DNA of 15,282 nt, from positions 1 through 15,282 of the forward strand of contig PWMT01000087.1 in assembly GCA_003558085.1 (NCBI GenBank). The letters run 5' to 3'. This document shows, in pieces, positions 1 through 9,181 of this stretch (position 1 is the first letter of the stretch; each line of letters starts with the position of its first letter). Under the pieces are notes generated by a model. The model was not told where the DNA came from. It did not search any database and worked only from the letters and a program-made list of their open reading frames with translations. The position numbers were made by a program, and so were the translations under genes. The stretch is from Methanobacteriaceae archaeon (GTDB lineage: Archaea; Methanobacteriota; Methanobacteria; Methanobacteriales; Methanobacteriaceae).

Positions 1-221
1 ATGACCCTATTCTCTGATATAGTCACAAAATTGGGTAAGCGATTGTGTGTTTCTATAAAATTGTTTACACGATTTGAAGCGCATTCAATTTGAGCGTTAT
101 CATATTCGTTTCCATTTATTACGACGTTAGATTGCGTTTGATCTTCAATTGCATGAGAACAACCCATAAGTAGTGTTATGCAAGAAATTAACAATATTCC
201 TATTATTAAATTTCGCTTAAT
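1..221 (-). CDS. Secreted pseudomurein-binding repeat (PMBR) protein, N-terminal part; runs off the window's left edge
   Basis: Hand translation from 221: (I/M)KRNLIIGILLISCITLLMGCSHAIEDQTQSNVVINGNEYDNAQIECASNRVNNFIETHNRLPNFVTISENRV. A basic plus hydrophobic signal peptide is followed by ASNRVNNFIETHNRLPNFVTI, which resembles the PMBR consensus (a.rv..fi..n.rlPnyVti). GGAGGAG lies at 227-233. Start is uncertain: ATT at 221, or in-frame TTG at 254. Confidence 0.8.
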   Translation of the reverse strand, partial: MKRNLIIGILLISCITLLMGCSHAIEDQTQSNVVINGNEYDNAQIECASNRVNNFIETHNRLPNFVTISENRV

Positions 222-294
222 TGTATCTCCTCCATGCCTAAAAAATAAAATCAATAGGCCATTGATAACAATAACAGAATGTAATGTAGCTTAG

Positions 295-310
295 TATATA
301 AAGGTTTGCT
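295..310 (-). promoter_or_regulatory. Putative BRE/TATA promoter of the PMBR gene
   Basis: Minus strand reads AGCAAACC-TTTATATA (TATA at 302-295), matching the methanogen TTTATATA consensus with an A-rich BRE-like element, about 75 nt upstream of the proposed start. Confidence 0.55.
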
Positions 311-827
311 TAAAAAAAAATAAGGAAAAAGCTTTTAAGTGCTTTATTTCAAAAAAAAAGCTATTAGAAGGGTAATTGATATGCTAGCTTAAAATCTCGA
401 ATAACAGACGTTATTTTTCTAAAATAAGGCTTAATATAAGATTAATGAACAAATAGATTAACAAGACGATATATTTAAATAGAATTAATAAAATACTCCT
501 AATAAGAATCTAATCCAAAAATTAAAAGATCTGAATCTTTCAAATTTAAAAAGATGAGATATAATAAAACTTCTATTTTCAATGAGTAATAAATTTTTAT
601 TATATAATATTATTATTAAAAAAAATTGGTAAAAATTTAATTATGAGTAAAAGTTTAACTTTATTAGGATTTATAATCTTAAGTTAAACAACAATGTTGA
701 TAGATTAATCTTAATGATGTACTCTTTTTTTAAGTAAAATATATTTATTAATGTATAAGATATTCTATTCTTGTTATTTATGTATATTCTAATAAAATTT
801 AAATTATCAAAAAATGAGTGTTAATTG

Positions 828-1754
828 ATGAAAATGGCGCTTTCTAAAGAAGATTTATCGAAACTAGAGAAAATGGGATATCGTTTTGTGGGAAAATATA
901 AACACGCCGCTACCAAGATTTGTCACTGGACCAAGAAAAGTATCCTGGATGAGGGAGTATGTTATAAACAGAAGTTTTATGGAATTGAAAGCCATCGATG
1001 TTTGCAAATGTCCCCCAGCATTACTTTTTGTCAGCAAAAATGCTTATTTTGTTGGAGAGATCTTTCAGCTACTAAAAATAAGTGGGAAGGAGAATATGAT
1101 GCACCTGCAAAAATTATAGATGATTCTATTCAGGCCCAAAGAAATTTACTATGTGGTTTCTTTGGTAATGAAAAATCTAATCCTCAAAAATTAAATGAAT
1201 CACAACATCCCAACAACGCTGCGATTTCTCTAGCTGGTGAACCTCTACTTTATCCTGTAATTGATGATCTGATAGCAGAATTCCACCGTAGGAATTTTAC
1301 CACCTTTTTAGTAAGTAATGGTATGAATCCTAAGAAATTAGATGAAATAAATAACCAACCTACTCAACTTTATCTTTCAGTAGATGCTCCTGAAAAAAAG
1401 ATTTTGCATGAACTCTGTCAACCCCAAATTTTACAAGCATGGCAAAAATTAAATCAATCTCTGGAAATGTTACCTAGCTTCGATTGTAGAACCGTCATCA
1501 GAACCACTTGTGTAAAGGATAGAAATATGTATAATCCGGAGGGTTATGCTAGTTTGATTAAAAAAGCTGAACCCGATTTTGTGGAAATAAAAGCTTACAT
1601 GTTTGTAGGTTATTCCCGTCATAGACTGGAAAGAAAAAACATGCCAGATTTTAAAGAAGTTTATAATTTTGCTGAGAAAGTAGGAGATTTATGTGGAATG
1701 GAAGTACTGGACCACTCCTCCCCCAGTTTGGTTGTTCTTTTAGGGAATAAATAA
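828..1754 (+). CDS. taw1: 4-demethylwyosine synthase Taw1/TYW1 (radical SAM tRNA-modifying enzyme)
   Basis: KICHWTKKS and CYKQKFYGIESHRCLQMSP family motifs, radical-SAM CxxxCxxC (CQQKCLFCWR), AISLAGEP, FVEIKAYMFVGYSR. Start could be TTG 825, ATG 828 or ATG 834. Confidence 0.95.
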   Translation: MKMALSKEDLSKLEKMGYRFVGKYKHAATKICHWTKKSILDEGVCYKQKFYGIESHRCLQMSPSITFCQQKCLFCWRDLSATKNKWEGEYDAPAKIIDDSIQAQRNLLCGFFGNEKSNPQKLNESQHPNNAAISLAGEPLLYPVIDDLIAEFHRRNFTTFLVSNGMNPKKLDEINNQPTQLYLSVDAPEKKILHELCQPQILQAWQKLNQSLEMLPSFDCRTVIRTTCVKDRNMYNPEGYASLIKKAEPDFVEIKAYMFVGYSRHRLERKNMPDFKEVYNFAEKVGDLCGMEVLDHSSPSLVVLLGNK

Positions 1755-1881
1755 TTAAGCTTATATATCAATTGTAGATTTAATACTATGAATTATTAGG
1801 AGATGTATTATTCATATGCATCCCTTGAGACAGCTATTGAAAATTTATAATGTTTAATAATTTTGGTTATAAGGTGATCTA

Positions 1882-2766
1882 ATGAAAAAATATATAGTCG
1901 GATTTTTATTACTTTTAGTATTTATCACTCCTTTATATGCTAGTTCACAAGAAGTGATTGGTTTTAGTGTTATCTTAGGCGAAACTACTCATAATAATGA
2001 AAATTACAAAAATTCAATGTTGAACTATTTTCAGACTAAAACAGATAAAGATGTTTCAGAAATCCCTATTAAAATAATAAGCGCTTCTGAAGTAAATATG
2101 ATTTCAGAAAGCATTACAGGAATAACCTATAATTCTAAACAGATCTTTTCCTGTGCCATGGTAGATTTAAGCTATTCTGAGGATATAAAAGTAGAAGTAG
2201 ATGAAAGTAAAGTAACCGTAGTAACTCCCCAAATGTATGCCAATGCCCTGCAATCATCAGGGATAGAAAAAGGATATGTAGTGGTATCATCCCCTCTAGT
2301 TGCTTCTGGAGAGGCAGCCTTAGCCGGTGTTTTAAAATCTTATGAAATTGCAGTGGGCATGCCCATACCTGAAGAAGCAAAAAAAGCTTCCACCGAAGAA
2401 CTTTATTTAGGAACTCAATTAGTAGAAGAAACAGGAGAAAATCCAGATAATATTGCTGAATTGTTTAGTGAAGTTAAAAACCAAACCCAAGAGGAAAATC
2501 TGCAAGAAGCTCGAGAGATAAAGATAGTAGTATTGAAAGTGGCCAACCAATTAAATATTAACCTCACCGAAAATCAAGCAGAGGAAGTTGCTCAATCAGT
2601 GACTAATTCGCAGAAAGTTCAGGATAATTTAACAGAATTCAAAGATCAATTAGATAATGTAAGTGGACAAGTATCTAGTCAAGGACTAATTCAGGATATA
2701 TTAGCACAGATATCAGACTTTTTACAGTGGGCAGCTAATTATCTTGAGAATTTAATCACCGGCTAA
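1882..2766 (+). CDS. DUF1002 (YpuA-like) exported protein
   Basis: AGGTGA RBS upstream; signal peptide MKKYIVGFLLLLVFITPLYA; motifs VTPQMYANALQSSGI and SPLVASGEAALAGVLKSYE typical of DUF1002; amphipathic C-terminal helix. Confidence 0.85.
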   Translation: MKKYIVGFLLLLVFITPLYASSQEVIGFSVILGETTHNNENYKNSMLNYFQTKTDKDVSEIPIKIISASEVNMISESITGITYNSKQIFSCAMVDLSYSEDIKVEVDESKVTVVTPQMYANALQSSGIEKGYVVVSSPLVASGEAALAGVLKSYEIAVGMPIPEEAKKASTEELYLGTQLVEETGENPDNIAELFSEVKNQTQEENLQEAREIKIVVLKVANQLNINLTENQAEEVAQSVTNSQKVQDNLTEFKDQLDNVSGQVSSQGLIQDILAQISDFLQWAANYLENLITG

Positions 2767-3070
2767 AAAGGTTCATTTTCAATAACTAATCTTCTTTATC
2801 AATTTTATTACAATTAATAAAATTATTATTTTATAATTTTTTATTTGATTGATTGTTTAATTAATGTTTAAAAATAATTGATTATTAATTTTTTAAAATT
2901 TAATTGCCTCAAAAATTATATAAATTAATTTAATCTTTTTATTAAAAATTTAAATCCGCAAAACTACTGCAGGTAATAAAAAATAATCAAATTTTAGTCT
3001 AATTTTCCAAGCAAACATTTTAGAACCATAATATTTATAATAATGTTTAGCAAAGAATTATTTGATCATC

Positions 3071-4156
3071 ATGTTTATTGCTCATAATCATTTGCAATTA
3101 ATATTAGAAGTGGCTTTCGTAGTGCATGTACTTATACTGCTCTTTTTTAACATAATAGCCCTGCCTCTGAGCATGGTTTTATTTTTAGGGATAGTACTAA
3201 CCATGCTTATCGGTACGCTGTTCCTGGTAGATTTATCTTTTCTTTTCCTTCCCATTTTATCCTATCATGAGTTCACCCACCCTTTCGGACCATTAGTTGT
3301 CTTTGGATGGGTAACTGTTGCAGCTTCCGCTAATTTACTTACAGAAGTAGGTATTAAATCCACCTCCATAAAAACACTTACTATCATCCTATTCTTCATC
3401 ATAGCTTTAGCCGGTGGATTGATGCACCGTTCATTTTTGGTATTATGGTTTTTGGGTTGGGCTATAGGTTATTTGATAATGTCTAACAGTTTCAAAAGGA
3501 GTACCCATATTACTTCCAAGTCCATTTTAGGTTGGGGAACAGCGGGCGCAATTTCTTTTGTTGCCATGGAAATATTTGCCAGGATATTAAACAAACCCAT
3601 CTTAAGTCCTCTCTTACGGGTTTCAAGAATTGAAAGATTTTCCTTATCCAGTTTGAGAATGGTTATCCAAAATACTTCACTATGGGGACATATTCAAGGC
3701 TCCTGTTACTGGGGTAGTGAATGTTTAGCAGGTTCCTGCGGATATTTAACCCTGCCTATGAGCTTTGTTCAATCCTTTGGATTGCCTTATCCTCTATTTT
3801 TTGGTGTGCTGGTTAATAGAAAGGATGCCATAGATTATATGTTACCTGGAATATATGGTGTGGCCTTTGATGCCGGTTATGCGGGACTTATTTTCCTTTT
3901 ATCCTGGGTCATGATAGTCAGTTGTACTGGTTTTTACATTTTAAGAAAATATCGGGATAAAAGAAAAAGTGGTAGTAAAATCTATTTAGGAAAAGAAGCT
4001 TTATTGATTGGTTCCTTAACCGCATTTTTATCTCAAAGCATAATTGGTTTATTTATTTTCAACCGTTCCTTCAATGGAGCAGCTATGTTAGTATATATAC
4101 TGCTCTCGGCCTTGGTATTGGCTCATATAGGAAGTTTAAAAAGGAGCATTAACTGA
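3071..4156 (+). CDS. Conserved polytopic membrane protein with O-antigen ligase/Wzy-like (GT-C) architecture, function unknown
   Basis: Long ORF with roughly 9-10 hydrophobic segments and one large hydrophilic loop. ATG at 3071 is preferred over TTG at 3062. The family resemblance is by eye only. Confidence 0.7.
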   Translation: MFIAHNHLQLILEVAFVVHVLILLFFNIIALPLSMVLFLGIVLTMLIGTLFLVDLSFLFLPILSYHEFTHPFGPLVVFGWVTVAASANLLTEVGIKSTSIKTLTIILFFIIALAGGLMHRSFLVLWFLGWAIGYLIMSNSFKRSTHITSKSILGWGTAGAISFVAMEIFARILNKPILSPLLRVSRIERFSLSSLRMVIQNTSLWGHIQGSCYWGSECLAGSCGYLTLPMSFVQSFGLPYPLFFGVLVNRKDAIDYMLPGIYGVAFDAGYAGLIFLLSWVMIVSCTGFYILRKYRDKRKSGSKIYLGKEALLIGSLTAFLSQSIIGLFIFNRSFNGAAMLVYILLSALVLAHIGSLKRSIN

Positions 4157-4182
4157 AACTGTATATTAACATTATAAGGAAA

Positions 4183-4190
4183 TTTTTTTT
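4183..4190 (+). terminator. Putative archaeal oligo-T terminator after the membrane protein gene
   Basis: T8 tract beginning 27 nt after the stop codon in a convergent intergenic region. Confidence 0.35.
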
Positions 4191-4470
4191 AGAACCATCC
4201 TATTAATATATTCATTAAGAACCTGCAGGGGATTTTAAATTATTTGGAGTTTTTATTTCTCAAAAAAATATGGACACTTTTAGAAATTAAGATTTTCGCT
4301 GGTTTCTGGGAAAATTGTGGAATTTGAATAGAATGGTCCTGGCGATATGAAAATAGGAATCCATCTAAGATTAGGCAAGGATTTGATCCATATAGGATAA
4401 TTAATCTTAATTTAATAAAATTTTTAAAAAGATTATTATTTATAGAGAAAAAAATAGTTTAAAACCCTTG

Positions 4471-4491
4471 AAAATTAAAAAAAATTTTTTT
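4471..4491 (-). terminator. Putative oligo-T terminator after sucC
   Basis: Minus strand reads A7-T8-AATTTT immediately after the sucC stop. Confidence 0.4.
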
Positions 4492-4494
4492 GGG

Positions 4495-5598
4495 TTAAAG
4501 AGATTTGCAAATTTCTACTGCTTTTTGGGCTGCATCTTCCATGGAAGTCTCATAGGGTATACCTGCTTTGGAAAGTATTTGCTGACCTTTTTCTTCATTG
4601 GTTCCGGTTAATCTTATAACTAGTTTAACTTCACGGGATGAATCCTTTAGGGCATCAATTATACCTTGGGCCACGTCATCAGCTCGAGTGATACCTCCCA
4701 GTACGTTTAAGAATATAACCTTAACTGGTGGATGTTCAATAACCTTATTAAGTGCTTTTTTAATTAGTTCTGCTGATGCACCACCCCCAATATCTAAGAA
4801 TGTGGCTGGTTCACCACCATTTAGTTTAATCATATCCATCCCAGTAAGGGTAAGGCCAGCTCCATTACCAATAACTGCAATATCACCATCTAATTTTACA
4901 TAAGCAAATTCTTCAGATTCAAACTCTTCTAAATCTTTTAAGTCAGGATGGCGGTATATTGCATCAGCATCTAAATCCAGTTTGGCGTCAGCAGCTAAAA
5001 CCCCCTCTGGAGTAAGTACCAAGGGATTTATTTCTGCTAATTGAGCATCATATTTATTATAAACTTGGAATAACTTCCAAATAATACCCCCCACTGGGGA
5101 TATCAGTTTACTATCTACCCCCATTTTACGGGCGATTTCCCGAGCCTGATAAGGTAAAAATTGCTCCATGGGGTTTACATGATATTTTATTATTTTTTCA
5201 GGACTATTAAGGGCTAGTTCCTCTATATCTACCCCCCCTTCTGCACTGGCCATGATCAGGGGTTGTTTATAAGAACGATCGACTGCCACGCTAAGATAAA
5301 ATTCCTGTTTTATTTGAGCTTTATGTTCCACTAAAACCTTATTTACTTTTTCACCTTTAATGGATGTTGCTAATAATTTTTGAGCTATCTTACTGGCTTC
5401 TTGTGGATTATCTGCAAATTTAATACCACCAGCTTTACCTCTACCCCCCACCAATACTTGAGATTTAATAGCCACAGCTTTTCCTAATTTTTGGGCAATT
5501 TGCTCTGCTTCTTTTCCACTGCGAGCTATTTCTCCTTCAGGTATCGCTATACCTTCATTTTTAAATATTTCCTTAGCACTATGTTCATAAAGTTTCAT
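4495..5598 (-). CDS. sucC: Succinyl-CoA synthetase (ADP-forming) beta subunit
   Basis: The plus strand at 5581-5598 (ATGTTCATAAAGTTTCAT) reverse-complements to ATG AAA CTT TAT GAA CAT (MKLYEH), and TTA at 4495-4497 is the TAA stop, so the gene is on the minus strand despite the '+' label in the track. Motifs: KSQVLVGGRGKAGG, EGGVDIEE, EINPL, GNGAGL, FLDIGGGA, RLTGTN. Confidence 0.96.
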   Translation of the reverse strand: MKLYEHSAKEIFKNEGIAIPEGEIARSGKEAEQIAQKLGKAVAIKSQVLVGGRGKAGGIKFADNPQEASKIAQKLLATSIKGEKVNKVLVEHKAQIKQEFYLSVAVDRSYKQPLIMASAEGGVDIEELALNSPEKIIKYHVNPMEQFLPYQAREIARKMGVDSKLISPVGGIIWKLFQVYNKYDAQLAEINPLVLTPEGVLAADAKLDLDADAIYRHPDLKDLEEFESEEFAYVKLDGDIAVIGNGAGLTLTGMDMIKLNGGEPATFLDIGGGASAELIKKALNKVIEHPPVKVIFLNVLGGITRADDVAQGIIDALKDSSREVKLVIRLTGTNEEKGQQILSKAGIPYETSMEDAAQKAVEICKSL

Positions 5599-5658
5599 CT
5601 TAATCCCCTAGAATTATATTATTATAATTATATGTCTTTTTGTAACAAAAAATTATTT

Positions 5659-6207
5659 TTAATCAATTAGAGCTGCACCGGCTTCAAAAGCAGCTAGATT
5701 TTTATCCTCAGTACCTGGGGGCACGCTATCTTTAATGGCATTTCTAGCTGCATTCTCTGATATAATATCTGTAGCCCGGGTAATAGCACCGATCATGACA
5801 ATGTTAGCCACTATTTTTAGTCCAATTTCTTCTTCTGCAGTGCGGGTAACCGGAGCAGTAAAGTATTTGATGCGATGTTCTTCTATAAAAGACTTAATTT
5901 CATCTTCGATTATCATATCCGGGTCAACAATTAAGGTCCCTTCATCTTTTAAATCATCTAAATATGCCATTAGAGCTGGATGAGACATCGCAATAAGTAT
6001 ATCTGGCCTTTGCACTTTAGGGTAATCAATTTCCTTATCACTTATAACTATTTCTGTCCGGGAAGCACCTCCTCTAGCTTCAGGTCCGTAAGACTGAGTT
6101 TGCACTGCATAGATATCATCATATAAGGCAGCTGCTTTCCCGATAACTATACCGGCCAGTATAATACCCTGACCGCCAAATCCTGCTATTCTAACTTCTT
6201 TTCTCAT
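5659..6207 (-). CDS. korC: 2-oxoglutarate:ferredoxin oxidoreductase gamma subunit
   Basis: MRKEVRIAGFGGQG, QSYGPEARGGAS, NIVMIGA. Likely start is ATG at 6207, 1 nt after the korB stop with GGGGGA upstream, rather than 6267. Confidence 0.92.
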   Translation of the reverse strand: MRKEVRIAGFGGQGIILAGIVIGKAAALYDDIYAVQTQSYGPEARGGASRTEIVISDKEIDYPKVQRPDILIAMSHPALMAYLDDLKDEGTLIVDPDMIIEDEIKSFIEEHRIKYFTAPVTRTAEEEIGLKIVANIVMIGAITRATDIISENAARNAIKDSVPPGTEDKNLAAFEAGAALID

Positions 6208-6208
6208 C

Positions 6209-7072
6209 TTATTCCCCCTGATAGGCCGATTTAATAGCTTTTTTCCTATTGCCGCTTTTTTCTTCAATGAGGTTGTAGAGAGTTTCTGAAAATTCTTCTT
6301 GAATCTTATTTACAAATTCACCCACAATTAATTTTCCATTTATTTCCTCTGGTTCCATCTTATCAGCCTTTGTTTTGTTGATGGTGTTCTCTTTCATCCA
6401 GCGCAACATTTCTAATGGGGATTTCATTCTATTTCTACGGCCATAATAAGTGTGACACTGAGAAACAGCTTCTATAAAGGAAAAACCTTTATTTTTAAGT
6501 GCTTTCTTAATGGCGTTAGATAATTGTAAAGGATGTATCGTTGTCCATCTAGCCACATAAGTGGCTCCAGCAGCAGATACTAAATCTACTAAATCAAAAG
6601 GCTTTTCCAAAGCACCATAAGGTGCAGTACTGCCAAAACTTCCCAGAGGTGAGGTAGGGCTAATTTGTCCTCCAGTCATCCCATATATGCTGTTATTGAT
6701 ACAAATGACTGTAAGATCAATGTTTCTTCTGGCAGCATGAATAAGGTGATTTCCTCCAATAGCTGCAGCATCACCATCTCCAGTAAATACTACTATATCT
6801 TTATCTGGGTTACCTATCTTAAGTCCTAAGGCAAAGGCTATGGGTCTTCCGTGGGTGGTGTGTAGGGAGTCACATTTAACATATCCTGGTATTCGAGATG
6901 AACAGCCGATACCAGATATCATGTTTATATTATTCAGATCTTTTTCTGCCATTTCCATGCCTTTAAAAAATGTATTTAAAACTGTTCCGTTACCACAGCC
7001 TGCGCAGTAGATATGGGGAAGTCTGTCCTTTCTAAGATATTTAATGAAAGGACTTTCATTAACATCTTCCAT
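6209..7072 (-). CDS. korB: 2-oxoglutarate:ferredoxin oxidoreductase beta subunit (TPP-binding)
   Basis: CAGCG, SGIGCSSR, HTTHGR, TPP motif GDGD...NN, YGMTGGQISPT; AGGAG RBS. Confidence 0.93.
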   Translation of the reverse strand: MEDVNESPFIKYLRKDRLPHIYCAGCGNGTVLNTFFKGMEMAEKDLNNINMISGIGCSSRIPGYVKCDSLHTTHGRPIAFALGLKIGNPDKDIVVFTGDGDAAAIGGNHLIHAARRNIDLTVICINNSIYGMTGGQISPTSPLGSFGSTAPYGALEKPFDLVDLVSAAGATYVARWTTIHPLQLSNAIKKALKNKGFSFIEAVSQCHTYYGRRNRMKSPLEMLRWMKENTINKTKADKMEPEEINGKLIVGEFVNKIQEEFSETLYNLIEEKSGNRKKAIKSAYQGE

Positions 7073-7113
7073 TTTTTAGTCTCCTCTATTATTATTTGAA
7101 TTCTTATAAGAAA

Positions 7114-8238
7114 TTATACTGATTTTATTTTAGATAAAATTTCATCGGGTTTGTGGATTTCTCCACCAATCTTGGGCAATAAATAAACTTCTGCTTCTCC
7201 AGCAACAACTCGTTGTACTTCATAAAACATCTGCCCCAGATTCATTTCCACTACTATTATTTTAGTGGCTGATTGTGCAGCTTTTTGAATTTCTTTTTCC
7301 GGGAAGGGCCAGGGAGTGTCAATTTTAATGTAACCAATTTTAAGACCTTCTTCTCGTGCAGTTTTAACTGCAGTGCTAACTGATCGTGAAGGAGCTCCAT
7401 AAGAAACTAGAATTATGTCAGCATCGTCGCAAAATTCTTGATTTACTTGAGTTATATCCTCTCTATTATTTAATATCTTGTTACAAAGTCTTTGGACTAG
7501 TTTAGAATGTTGATCAGGATTAGATGCATCTGGATATCCCTGATCGTCATGGGTAAGACCTGTGACGTGTATTTGATATCCTTCGCCAAAGGGGGGCATA
7601 GGTGGGGTGTCATTTTCTCCAGCCTGGAATGGTACAAACTCTTCGGGACCCTCTTCCGGCATTTTACGAGATAATACGTCAATTTTTTCAGGTATGGAAA
7701 TTTTCTCACGCATATGACCCACAATTTCATCACTTAATACCAGTACCGGCACCCTATATTTTTCAGATAAATTAAATGCGTGCACTGTAAAGTCAAAGCA
7801 TTCCTGAACTGAAGATGGTGATAGAGCAATTATTTCATAATCTCCATGTGAACCCCAACGGGCCTGCATCATGTCACTTTGAGAGGCCATAGTAGGTTGT
7901 CCTGTAGAAGGTGACCCTCTCTGGACATCGGCAATTACTAGTGGGGTTTCAGTCATCGCCGCAAAACCAATATGTTCCTGCATCAAAGACAACCCCGGCC
8001 CAGAGGTAGCAGTCATTCCTTTTACTCCACTCCAAACAGCGCCAATAACTGAACCCAAAGCACCGATTTCATCTTCCATTTGAACAAATGCACCGCCTTC
8101 CTTAGGAAGAAGAACTGCCATAGTTTCAGCTATTTCGGTGGAAGGAGTTATAGGATATCCTCCAAAAAATCTGCATCCTGCTTTTATGGCTCCATGAGCA
8201 CAAGCATCATTTCCTTGAATAAAATATTGTTTAGTCAT
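7114..8238 (-). CDS. korA: 2-oxoglutarate:ferredoxin oxidoreductase alpha subunit
   Basis: GYPITPSTE, QMEDEI, TATSGPG, QRGSPSTGQPT, VEMNLGQ. AGGTGA RBS at 8245-8250; start is ATG 8238 or 8241. Substrate specificity is inferred from linkage to sucC. Confidence 0.92.
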   Translation of the reverse strand: MTKQYFIQGNDACAHGAIKAGCRFFGGYPITPSTEIAETMAVLLPKEGGAFVQMEDEIGALGSVIGAVWSGVKGMTATSGPGLSLMQEHIGFAAMTETPLVIADVQRGSPSTGQPTMASQSDMMQARWGSHGDYEIIALSPSSVQECFDFTVHAFNLSEKYRVPVLVLSDEIVGHMREKISIPEKIDVLSRKMPEEGPEEFVPFQAGENDTPPMPPFGEGYQIHVTGLTHDDQGYPDASNPDQHSKLVQRLCNKILNNREDITQVNQEFCDDADIILVSYGAPSRSVSTAVKTAREEGLKIGYIKIDTPWPFPEKEIQKAAQSATKIIVVEMNLGQMFYEVQRVVAGEAEVYLLPKIGGEIHKPDEILSKIKSV

Positions 8239-8434
8239 CATCAATCACCTTTATAGCTTGATCAGGGCACATTAAAGTGCATAAATTGCATTTAGAACAT
8301 TCATCCTCATTTTTAGGTATGGGGATGTGCACTCCCTTCTTATCCAAAGTTTTGGATTGTTCATAAACTTGGTTAGGACAGAATTCCGTGCATATTTGAC
8401 ATCCTTTACAGAGATCAGGGTCTAACTTAATCAT
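8231..8434 (-). CDS. korD: 2x[4Fe-4S] ferredoxin-like delta subunit of 2-oxoglutarate oxidoreductase
   Basis: Two CxxCxxCxxxCP motifs (CKGCQICTEFCP, CSKCNLCTLMCP); overlaps the korA start. Confidence 0.92.
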   Translation of the reverse strand: MIKLDPDLCKGCQICTEFCPNQVYEQSKTLDKKGVHIPIPKNEDECSKCNLCTLMCPDQAIKVIDDD

Positions 8435-8699
8435 GTAATCTTCATCTCATATTTTTTTATATCAAATAAAATTAGTTTAGCTTTATTTATTTAAATAATT
8501 AATTATTATAATAGGCTATCAATAAGGTTTAGAATTATCAAATACTTTTCCTAGCATTTATAAAATAATAAAGGATTAATTTAAAATGATTATAAATTTA
8601 TATATCGTTTAATGAATCCTTTCTAATGAATTAAACATTAATAATAATTTTAAAAACAATAAAAAAAATTAAGAATGCTAGGGATATGCTTTCCAGATT

Positions 8700-9083
8700 T
8701 TATATACTTTCCACATACATTAAAGGATAATTTAGCTCTTCTATATATTTCATTCTAATAACTGCTCTGGCTTTTTGGTATTCTGCGTGAATTTGCACAT
8801 CTAACATATCTCCATTCAAACCAGTATATTCAAATTCATTATCCAATCCCGCTAAAAATTTCCGATTAATAATTACTTTGGCCTTTTTTATTCCAGGCTG
8901 TAGTTTAATACTTTTTTCCATGGCATTTTCTAGCGAATCAGCACTCTTTGAATTTACTGGAGTTCCTATAAATTGATGAAAAATAGCACCCATGCTTATG
9001 CCTCCCTCAAATATAGCCCTCTCTCGGGCTGATAAATTACTGAAATATTTTTCATTAACCTCATTTTTGTTATTTATATCCAT
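8700..9083 (-). CDS. mptD: Archaeal dihydroneopterin aldolase (methanopterin biosynthesis)
   Basis: YFSNLSARERAIFEGGISMGAIFHQFIGTPV and C-terminal EELNYPLMYV are typical of the MptD family. ATG at 9083 follows a GGGGTGA RBS and is preferred over the track's TTG at 9113. Confidence 0.88.
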   Translation of the reverse strand: MDINNKNEVNEKYFSNLSARERAIFEGGISMGAIFHQFIGTPVNSKSADSLENAMEKSIKLQPGIKKAKVIINRKFLAGLDNEFEYTGLNGDMLDVQIHAEYQKARAVIRMKYIEELNYPLMYVESI

Positions 9084-9181
9084 TCTATCACCCCTAGTAA
9101 CATTAAATTCCAAATTAAGATTCCGCTACTAGATTAAGCTTTAATTTTAAATAATAATAAGATTATTGATTCAGTTAAAGT

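Noticed and set aside
300-824. Short palindromes (AATAAC-N4-GTTATT, AAAGAT-N4-ATCTTT) and repeated ATGAGTAA in the divergent spacer
   Set aside because: Six to eight bp matches in very AT-rich sequence cannot be distinguished from chance without comparative data.
886-1119. 77-aa alternative-frame ORF
   Set aside because: Nested within taw1, with no recognisable motifs.
2135-2380. 81-aa minus-strand ORF
   Set aside because: Antisense shadow of the DUF1002 gene.
4495-5598. ORF track strand '+' for the 367-aa SucC
   Set aside because: The protein is encoded by the reverse complement: CAT at 5596-5598 and TTA at 4495-4497.
4598-5983. Plus-strand ORFs 4598-4903 and 5735-5983
   Set aside because: Antisense shadows of sucC and korC, with typical Ser/Ile/Pro-rich antisense composition.
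7497-7733. 78-aa minus-strand ORF
   Set aside because: Alternative frame inside korA with no support.
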